NCBI RefSeq assembly: GCF_001194135.2
Contig: NC_068998.1
Coordinates: 11,536,034 to 11,600,033 of the forward strand
Reading direction: 5' to 3'
DNA: 64,000 nt
Source: Octopus bimaculoides
Lineage: Eukaryota
Below the pieces are notes generated by a model, which saw nothing but the letters and a program-made list of their open reading frames with translations, was not told where the DNA came from and did no database searches. The translations under genes and the position numbers were made by a program. Position 1 is the stretch's first letter. Each line of letters begins with the position of its first letter. Of the stretch, positions 48,571-59,400 are shown piece after piece.

Positions 48571-50324
48571 TTTGAGTTTGGTTTAAAAGTTGTTATGCAT
48601 CAAGAGTCAATTATGAAACCCTTATCATTATTATGGAAAATAGCTATTTGTTTTCAGAGATAGATTTCTTTCGCAATGCTAATAATTTAACAGTTCTGGC
48701 TAAGGTTTGAGATAGGCCATCTAAAGAATCTTTACTTGGAAGGATAATCCTAAACCAAAGGTCCTTCAAATTAATAAGTCTAATGAAAAAAAAATATCTT
48801 GTGTTGTAGGTATGGTACTAAGGCGAGAAGGAGGCCAGCAAATGACCATTTGATATCAGCCACATGGGTATTGATAATAATTCTATTTATTATCTTCTGA
48901 AATAGCTCCAAACATTTGGTGCATGTGGTGTGATGGGTAGCTAAACCCAGATTCAGTTTAGATGCATAAACTGCACAGAAAATATTCATCATGAAGCACC
49001 TCCTTGACTGAAGGGGTGAGTTGTGGGTCGTGTAACCCTTGAAACTGCCAGAACTGCATCAAAGAGGTTATATTTGATTTTTAAATAAGACTTTAGATTT
49101 CAAATTTTGAAGATTAACACATGAAAACATGGCAGTTTAGGTCATTGCTGCTTAGCACCAGGTCAACCGTGATTGCAGAAAACCTATGATCAAGGATACT
49201 CCAGCCATTACTGTCGTGTCTCTTTATAGGGTTAGGTTATATAAAGTGTCCTTCCAGGTTTAAGATGGTAGAGTGATTTAAGGGAGATCTGGCTGGTATT
49301 TCTAGCATAGCAAAAAACCATGGAGAGGTAAATAATTCTGATGACCCATAAGTTGGTGATACTAGTTCGTAGTTATGGGGTGAATGAACTCCGCTTCAAG
49401 TATTTTGCGGTGCTTCTGTTCAAGACGACATATTGCATATGTCACAATCCACCTTAGTTGCTTGGTGTTTGTACAAGAACTTCAGGGAAATTATTCTATA
49501 GGAGGATTAACTTCTTGACCAGTGGGACAATTACTGACCCCATCCACTTACATCAACATAAACCACCAATTAAGTAAGGATCATATTTATGGATCTCCGA
49601 TATTGCCAAAAAATAAAAGAGAGAGACATTAGATAATGTAGTCTTATGTCTGAACAAAAGACTGGATGGTCACTATTGCAATGCCTTTGATCAAAGGTCA
49701 ACTTGGATGCTAAATAACAGTCGATACTTTCAGATGATATCGAAGAGGTTTCAATTAGCAGCTGTTCCGGCCAAGCCTAAATTAAACAGCGATCTCGAAA
49801 AGGAGATTAAACTAGCTGAAATAGGAAGAAGGCAGTTTATTATTTATTTACTTTGTTATCAACCACCAACAACAAATAATTATAAAATGACTTATGGCAA
49901 AGTCCTCAACTGAGTGAATATATTAACTCGTTTATATTTTCTACTGTTACCCGTTCTAAAAATCGTTTTTTTAATTTAATTTTCACACGTTAAGAACACC
50001 AAGAATTTCAGCAACAACGAAACTGGTTTCAAGATTAGGGTTTTGTCAAACGGTAATGGGGACACTGCAGTGACAACCTGATAGAGATTGAACGCGAACC
50101 TCACACATTGCAGATAGCTGGATATTTATGTATCGAATGAGTTGGAGAAGTTATTTTGCTCGTGGTTTTCCATTATGAGAAATGACATTTGTTCATCACA
50201 TATAATGAATTAATGAATACTGTGTTATATATACATCAATCGTTACGTAATATAATTAGTAAACAAATTAAGGTGTGTGCGCGCGCGTGCGTTTTGAAGC
50301 TAGAACTAAATTTATATATTGCTC

Positions 50325-50332
50325 TCTTTATT

Positions 50333-50416
<84 letters not shown>

Positions 50417-50540
50417 GAGAGAGAGAGAGAGATCTGAATATAAACACACACACACATATATAGGTGGATGCATACAAATATATAGAGATCTGTACGTAAA
50501 CACACACATATATATATATAGATAGATACACACACATACT
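50325..50540. repeat. Compound (TA)n(GA)n(CA)n microsatellite
   Basis: Directly visible. Similar tracts at 7500-7640, 27560-27730, 35600-35760, 36560-36950, 53150-53370 and 63840-64000. Confidence 0.95.
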
Positions 50541-51099
50541 TGTCTTCTATAAAGTCAGGGACCTGCATTTATATAGCGTGTTTTGTCATTTTAAATACGT
50601 GATCATATGCATATGTTTCTTAATGTATTAAGAACGAAGATCTTCACAAATGGTATGGTACATATTCGAATCCTAACGCAGACAAACAAAAGAATATTAA
50701 ATAAATATAAAAAGCTGCTAGGCAGAAAACAGTTGAACAACCAGTGACATTAAGGTTAATAATATATTTACATTTAGAAAGAAGTTAACCAATGTATGAG
50801 GGTTCGTTTTTTAACCTGGCGCTCTTTTTGTTTTTGATTTTCTTTTTTCTTCTCTTTTTATTTTATTTTAGTTCACATTTCAATACAGACACAATATTAT
50901 GTGATATGTTATAATACTGGGGGTTAAATAATACTCTTAAATTATATACCACCAATTATTTAATGAATCAGTAGAGGTAATATTTTAAATAGCTTTAACC
51001 CGACATTGATCTATTTCAACTGATGAGAAGGGTATCAGGATAAAGAAAGCTTTAGAGATATAATTAAAATGCTAATGAAGTGAAATACTTACTGTATTA

Positions 51100-53321
51100 T
51101 GTTAGTCAAGACTCTGCCATCTAAACCAGTCTTCTACATGTTATGTTATACAGAGGTTGGAAACACTCCTTCCTAAACGAGCAGCTGATTGGGTAATCTC
51201 TTGTTGTTGACCAATAGAAATCGCTTTTCTACGAATGCTTTGGTTTGTAAGGGACCGTTCATAAATTACATGTGTAGTAAAGGGATATATTTTATGAAGT
51301 ACTTGGTTTTGTATTAATATTTGCTTTTCGAAATATTGGGCTGAAACTACTGTTTGTAATACAATTGATGTCTTAGCTACTGAAAGCGTTTAGATCCGAT
51401 GCAATCGAATGTTGAACTCATGTTTAGCACAATCGGTCCCGTCAATGGCGACTGCGGAGTCACGTTATAAAGAAGTGTAAGTACAGATTCAAGCGAGACA
51501 TGCAGCCATCTGACTGGTTTATCTCCGAATCGTTGTCGCTATAATAAAAGTAAAAGGTTGCACTCGTACCGATCTCGCATTAGTAAGACATTTCCAGTCG
51601 GAACAATCTAGAAGTGAGTGAGTGTAAATCCCGATGTGTGTGTGTGTACGATTTGCTGATTTCGGCAGAAGGCTCCACACCTCGCTTCGACACATCTTTC
51701 TTTGTTTACACATCTTTCTTTATTTAGAATTGATGTAATCGAATCGTTTGCTCCTATCTCTGTGATATTGTCCCCCAGATCCTATTCCTACCATTCATCA
51801 TCTATCATTATATTTTCTTTGTTCAACAGTTGACCCCCGGATAGATCAGCTGTTTTAATTGGTACAAAACAGACAGAAATATATTAACATATTTTCTCGG
51901 CTAATGACCGATTATCATCATCATCGTCATCACGATTATCATCATTATTATTATTAAAGAAACCATTATTATTACTTCGATCGATAGAGCATCGAGTTGA
52001 CTACTTATTTACTTTCTTTGCTCAACATTCTTATTTAAGATTCTCTTAACGTCAACTTTGCACGCCCGATCCTTCTGGGTCGAGATAATATGCTCGGAAT
52101 CGATTCAGTTAGTGTATGCTCTTCGCCTTACACGCCGTGATTATTATAATTATAATTATTATTATTATTACAATAGAGGAAGAGATAAGCTCCCGGAGAA
52201 ACGACTCCTCCACCCGGTTTTCCATCATTCACTTGTAACTTTTCATTTCACAAATGCCTCTAATTTATTTGCAAAAGGTATGTTGATGACTCGATCATAT
52301 TTCCTTCTGAATATTTCTGATCTTTTGCCTAAGTAAAAAACGGTTATTAGATATACGAAATTATTGTCATTAATTTAAAATGACTTCTTTTATTCTGGAG
52401 TTTAAAAAAATAATCATAAAATAAATAACTGTGGTCTTCAGATTTTAAAGTAACTGAAGTTTTACCAGGTTTATCAAGAAATATTTCAACATCCAACGAA
52501 AAGTATCTAAGTATTTGATTTTATATATATAATATTTTACTAATGTATATTTCTTTTTTGGTTTTATTGATTGGTTTAATTATATACATACATAAACAAA
52601 GACGGAGCGGGCAATCACTAACCAAAAGAAAATAAACAGTTACCCTCACACTAATATGAAATTCGTGGTCTTTTGCGCCGTTGTATGAAATAATTATAAT
52701 TGTGTCTATTTATAAATGTGTGTAGAGTAATTTCACTGAAAATAAGAGGGTAGAATTAAATTCGAAGAGAGATGACTTCAATAAAAGCTGATAAGATATA
52801 GTAAAAAGCTTACCTTTTAGAGAGGAAATACGAAACGCCAAAGTTTGACACTTCGTGAAACACTGCAGTGTCTACCGCGTGTTTATAACGATAGTTCTGG
52901 AAGAAAAGTCAAGACATTCATCTATAGGATGCTGGTAAAAAAAAGCCGGTTTCGGGAAATAAAATTTACAATGAGATTTCTATGTCCGGGTGAAGAATGA
53001 AAGAAAGGGTGTGTGAGGGGTATTTAAAGAGACAGGAAACGATTGTAAAATGCTTTCCCCGCGAGACGCGAAATTAGTGTTACCTAGTCAACAACGACAA
53101 CGTTACTAAATGATTTGTGTCAGAGATAGAGCAGAATTAATGACGACACATCTTGTGTGTATATATATATATATTTATGTGTGTGTGTGTGTATGTATGT
53201 ATATATATATATAATGTATTTTAGATTCAGTTGAATTAGGTACGTAAATTCAAGCACCTTGTTAGGACGAACTAATGACACTACATCTTTGTTGTTATAT
53301 ATATATATATATATGTATGTA

Positions 53322-53373
<52 letters not shown>

Positions 53374-53600
53374 GGGGGAGGATTCTATTCAATTAAAAGT
53401 CGTTGTTGAAATTTTCTTATGAGATTTTCAACGTCAGCGTATTTCTAAAAGTTTCCTGGAGAGATTGGCTTTAAATCTTAATTTATTATTTCCGGGTTCA
53501 GTAAACTATATAATACAATGTCCGCGCCCCGATAGTTTTGATTATTCAATGGTGTTTCAGAAAAACCACACACACACACACACAAAATAATAAAATAATG
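51100..53600. promoter_or_regulatory. CpG-rich bidirectional promoter region shared by TOPORS (-) and ERCC6L2 (+)
   Basis: CpG density far above the window background (about 19 CpG by eye in 51400-51700). NF-Y-type CCAAT boxes at 51185-51192 (reverse) and 51209-51217. CGCGAGA half-site near 53060. Lies between the 5' ends of two divergent genes. Confidence 0.65.
52814..52896 (-). other. Candidate 5' UTR exon of TOPORS
   Basis: Minus strand ttttcttccag| acceptor and AAG|GTAAGC donor; a further minus donor TAG|GTAACA lies at 53084/53083. Confidence 0.4.
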
Positions 53601-53784
53601 ATGATGAGGTATCCTGTTTTGTTAATTATGTGTTCTGCTTCTGAAAAAAAAAAAAGAAAACAAATCTATTTACATGTAATTTATGTAACAATGTATGGCA
53701 ACAATCGATACTGCTACACTTAAAATTCAATATTTCTATGTACAGATGAAAACAATTTTATTGGTCGAAGTAGAGAAGGTAAAT

Positions 53785-54008
53785 ATCATCATCATCATCA
53801 TCATTATCATCATCATCAGCAGCATCATCGTCATGGTCGTCATCATATTTGCCGTCGATCTAATCATGATCAACATCGTCGTCATGTTAGTCATCATCAT
53901 CTTCATCATCATCATCATCGTTACCATGATCATTATTACCGCCATCACTATCATGATGATCATCGTCATCATCACATTATTTTCATCATCATCATCATTA
54001 CCACCACC

Positions 54009-54042
<34 letters not shown>

Positions 54043-54060
54043 TCATTGTCGTTATCGCCA
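53785..54060. repeat. Compound (CAT)n/(CAC)n trinucleotide microsatellite
   Basis: Directly visible degenerate ATC/CAC triplets. Confidence 0.95.
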
Positions 54061-56372
54061 TCAATTTATTATTTCCACGTGATAATTGAGTTGTCGACTA
54101 TAGCAAATAGACAGCAAATAGAAGCAGGAAAAGCTTAAATATACAATATATTAACCATGAATGCTTTAGATTATAGGTCCAACAATAATAATGTTTATAA
54201 AATGTCTTTGAAAGAAAGCAAAACGATGTCGAATATGTTTGGTTTCCATTGTTTACCAGCTTCAAGCTGAAGACATTTCCGCTAGGTTGTTTTCAATATT
54301 TAAAAATGCTTGCTTTGCAACCGAGTGGTTTTTGGTTCAGCACCATTGCACAGCATCCTTGGGCCATTCAATACCCTGTGATGAACGAATTTAGTGGACA
54401 GAAACTGTGCGGAAGCCTGTTGTGTTGTGTGTGTGCGCGTGTATAGCACTAATTCCACAAGTTTTTTTTATTCTTTCTATTAATTTTCTGTTATTTCTTT
54501 CTGTGTGTCTGTCTGTCTGTCTGCCCTCCACCACCACTTGACAACTAGTGTTGCTTTGTTTATATCCCTGTAACTTAGCAGTTTGGCAAAAAGAGATTGA
54601 TGTAGTAAGTACCAGACTTTAAAAATAAACTGGGTCCTGGGGTCAATCCACTTGACGAAAAATCTTCAGGGCAGTGCCCCCGCATGGTTGCAGTCTAGCG
54701 ATTGGGCGAGCTGGCAGAAACGTTAGCATGCCAGGCAAAATGATTAGCGGTGTTTCGTCTGTCTTTACATTCTGAGTTCAAATTCCGCCGAGGTCGACTT
54801 TGCCTTTCATCCTTCCCGGGGGGGGGGGGGGNNNNNNNNNNNNNNNNNNNNNNNNNNNNNNNNNNNNNNNNNNNNNNNNNNNNNNNNNNNNNNNNNNNNN
54901 NNNNNNNNNNNNNNNNNNNNNNNNNNNNNNNNNNNNNNNNNNNNNNNNNNNNNNNNNNNNNNNNNNNNNNNNNNNNNNNNNNNNNNNNNNNNNNNNNNNN
55001 NNNNNNNNNNNNNNNNNNNNNNNNNNNNNNNNNNNNNNNNNNNNNNNNNNNNNNNNNNNNNNNNNNNNNNNNNNNNNNNNNNNNNNNNNNNNNNNNNNNN
55101 NNNNNNNNNNNNNNNNNNNNNNNNNNNNNNNNNNNNNNNNNNNNNNNNNNNNNNNNNNATATATATTATTGAATTTTACAGAAAAACAAAAGAAGAAGAT
55201 AGGAGTATGTGTAGCAAACACTGGCAAGAAATTTTTAGAACTTCACTAGTAAGGAACAAAAACTAAAAAGATGTGAACTCAATGAATCTTTTTCCGTAGT
55301 CCTTAATTTCAAGTTCTAACTTCTAATCCCACCAAATACTATGAGGAAATGATTATCTCCCTTGTATTAACTGTCTGTTTGGGGCTATCTCATGTTCAAC
55401 TTACTGTTAAAATTTTCAATGCAAATCGATACCAGACATTTTAAGAAACAATTCAAGAAGAACGTTATAAGACCATTGAACTTTTTGTTGTTTTCTCTTG
55501 TTGATGCTTTTGGTAGAATCGTTAGAGCAACAGACAAAATGCCCAGTAGTGTTAAGTCATGGCGCTTTATGTTTAGCGTTTAAATCCTGCTCAATTTTAC
55601 CTTTCATCCTTCTCTGGGATCAATAAAGTAAAGAATTAGTTGTATATTAGTGTTCATTTAATCTACTATTTCGCCGCCTAACCAAACTTGTGGACTTAAG
55701 ACAATGTTAGAATCAATATTCATTTACATCAATAATTCTCAGCTGTTTGCTAATAGTTGACTTTTATTTTTGTTTTAGTAAGACACAAATAAAGGTTGTT
55801 CTTACTTCAAGATATAATCAACGACACTCCCTTCAAGCATCAGGTCTTGGAAAACCAACAAGATCACACAGTTGTATCCATGTATAAGCTCTACCCAACA
55901 TCTGGCTAGAAAAGAACTACTACCCTTTGATCGCATACATCCGTATATATGCATTAACATCATCATCATCATTTAACATCTGTTTTCCATGCTGGCATGG
56001 GTTGGACTGTTTGGGGACTGGCAAGCCAGGAGGTTGCACCAGGCTCCAATCTGATCTGTCAATGTTTCTCTCTCTCTCTCTATATATATATATATGTATA
56101 TATATATGTACACACACACACATACATATATTTATATATATTTATATTTTATATATAAGCACATATATATACACACACAGGAACATAAATTGTGACTACG
56201 GTCTGATGGAAGATTTTAATTCAGAACTTTTGAAAACAAGGCATTTATACTATTCAGATGTAATTTCTTACTAAAAAAAATCATTTTGTTATTTCAGAAA
56301 ACATTTATTTATTGTTTATTTATTTATTTAATTATTTTCTTCTTCTTGTTGTTATTACAGTAGGGTTTTGAA

Positions 56373-56465
56373 ATGGATTCAGAGCGGCCATCATTTGATT
56401 TCTCTCCAGTTTCTGAGAAGACAGCATTTTTACTGACAAAACCTGGGGAGGTTCCCAAATATGAG
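56373..56465 (+). CDS. ERCC6L2: ERCC6L2 first recognisable coding exon ([10 protein letters not shown]...PKYE)
   Basis: ttacagtag acceptor; GAG|gtaagt donor; phase 0 joins the next exon in frame. Confidence 0.75.
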
Positions 56466-59400
56466 GTAAGTAAAAACTAGTGAAATATATGACTGAGAAC
56501 ACAGTATTGAAGTGTAAGCAAAATGTAACTGATTCACTTGACTGATAAGTTATTTGTAACCATTCAGGTCAGGCAGGCTTTTAGCACCACTACACACGGC
56601 TTGACTATGTGGTTAAGGTATTTTGAATTGAGTATGAACATAGCTGTGTGTTGAAGAATTTTGCTTCACAACCATCTAAAATTTTAGGCTTGATCCCACT
56701 GTGTTTCCATAGTTTCCTCTACTATAGTCTTATACACACACACTCGTGTGTGTGTGTGTAGATATATATGATGGGGGTGCTGAAAAGTTCCTGGCTTTAA
56801 GGGTATTGCGAAATGCCTGGTTCGAGACCCAACCTTCTGAGTTCCTTTACAGGGCTTAGAAAAACTGAAGGATCGCTGCAATAAGTGTGTGAATCTTGAC
56901 TCCAATTTCTTCAATTATACATCATCATCATCATCGTTTAACATCCGCTTTCCATGCTGGCATGGGTTGGACGGTTTGACTGATGTCTGGCAAGCCAGTG
57001 GGCTGCACCTGGCTCCAATCTGATCTGGCAATGTTTCAACAGCTGGATGCTCTTCCTAACACCAACCACTCCGAGAGTGTAGTGGGTGCTTTTTATGTGC
57101 CACTGGCATGGGAGCCAGTTAGGACATACACACACGCACACACACACATAATATAATATGTGTGTGTGTGTGTGTATGTTGTGGGTCTTCGTGTTTGTCC
57201 CCTGCCACTACTTGACAACTATTATGGGTTTAATTACATTCCCATAACTTAGCAGTTTGGCAAAAGAGACTGATAGAACAAGTATCAGACTTCACAAAAA
57301 TAAGTCCTGGTGTCAGATTGTTCAACCAACTGCTTCTAGGCAGTGCTCCAGCACGGTTGCAGTCCATGGACTGAAACAAGTAAAAGGCAGAAGATTAAAG
57401 ATATCGTTTGAATATTAAAAGCGTTTCTGACCCAGCCTGTGGATTTTATATAACTTTTCCCATTTCTTTGGAAAAGACATAAAATAATTCTTTCTTTTTC
57501 TTTTTACCATTTTCTCTTCCTTGCCAAACTTTGAATCTCCAGATCCCTGCATCAATTAATCAATACTTGAGAACTTATCAGAGGGAAGGTGTTAGCTTCC
57601 TTTTGAGTCACTACCAGAACAACAGAGGAGCAATTTTAGGAGATGATATGGGACTCGGTAAAACAGTTCAGGTCTGGATTATTTCAATTTAAAAAAAAAA
57701 AAAATTCTATTTATTTATTTATTTATTTGTTTGTTTATTTATTTCCTCATCATTCTCAACTGCACATTAGGCCATCCTTGGACAGGGTCCAATAACATAT
57801 CAGTTCTTTTGTGAGATGTTTCTAAACCCTCTCTCAACCTTGACCTCTATATGAGAGGTTCTGTCTAGGTAAATAATGCTGTATTTGGTGCTCTAACAAT
57901 GCACCCATGTTAAGTTGGAAATAAAGATTGCTTTTTGGTATTAACCCTTTCGATACTAACCCGGCTGAAACCGTCTCTGGCTCTGTAATATAAATGTCTT
58001 GTTTTCAAAAGTTCTGAATTGAAATCTTCCACCAAACCTCAGTCACAATTTATGTTCCTAACACTAGTTTAATTACAGTATGTTTTTTGGCTAAATTCTT
58101 TGTTATATTTAAAATAAATTGAAAGAAACACAGAGCATCTCAACAGAAATATGGTAACAAAAGGGTTAATACTGCTTCTGGCACTAGTAATTATTTCTTA
58201 ATAAGCCTGTTGTCTATTTGCAACACCAGTGCTTGAACAGTCACTGAAATTCCATATATCGCTGGCAGTGAGATTTTGTTGTATGCAGCTTCATGATGCC
58301 AGCTACTGGAGATGAGGCATATCGAAATTACATAATGTGGCAGTTCTGGTGCCCATGGCAGATGATTCTCATCTGCCAGCAATATAAATATGTGTTCTTC
58401 TATGCTTCTGTACACTATGCATCCATGTGAAACATCCTCTCAAGGTGAATACTGTAGTATTTAGCATTTTAACAAAACGTCCACATCAAGTTGGATATAA
58501 AGATGGCCTTTTGGAATTGATATTGCTTCTGTTGCTAATAATTATTTTTTATTCGATTTTTCAACATCTATTCTGAGCCCTGATTTAGGAAATTCTAACC
58601 AAATTTTATTAATGTATCTCTTAGGTCATTGCATTTATATCTGCATTGCTTGGGAAAACTGGAACCAACGATGATGCTTTTGTTCTTAAACCAGCTTTTA
58701 TTAAAAAAGTAAGTCAGGCTACTGTTTCATTTTTTTCAGTCTTTAATCTCATACATTTTCAGAACTTGTTTCCAAAAAAAAAAAAAAATGCTTTTTTTCT
58801 TTTTGTATTTGGTTTGCAAGTTTCTTGATGTGAACTCATGTTGAAACAGACTTTGTTATATTTCAGGAGGGTTATTATGTCAATTAACACATGCACTGGT
58901 TCTATTTCACTTCTTTAGTATTCATCAATTGGTTAACTATTAAACCAATTACACAGAGTAGCAAAATTTCAGTCATTTGACTGTGATCATCTTGGGGCAT
59001 TGCCCTGAAGAGTTTTTAGTCAAATGAATTGACCCCACCCAGTACATTTTTTTAAAGCCTGGTACTGGATAAAAAGATATACAATAGGAAAATAGTATAT
59101 CCTCTCTGTGCATGTCGGATAACAAAGGAGTGTGATAGAGAATGCGCTTTAGGGCAACCTGTCAGCCTATGACAGCACGAGCAAACCTGACATGAGAAGG
59201 AAGATGATGAAGTATGATCTTTGTAGAGTTCCAGAGTATCTTGTGCTATAGAATATAACCATAGATTTTTGGACCACTACAACTTGACGATGAAATTATG
59301 AAGAATGTGAACAATATATCTGTCTATATATATAAGTAAAAGCATCCATTTTGGTGTCATGTAAATGACACTCGTACCAGTGCCATGTATGAAGCACTCA

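Noticed and set aside
52058-52336. 92-aa + ORF as a SMIM27-like divergent partner of TOPORS
   Set aside because: No transmembrane segment or similarity; the Y/N-rich core is a (TTA)n repeat.
53695-54138. 147-aa poly-Ile/poly-Pro ORF and its poly-Met antisense ORF
   Set aside because: Produced by a (CAT)n/(CAC)n microsatellite; no domain or splice support.
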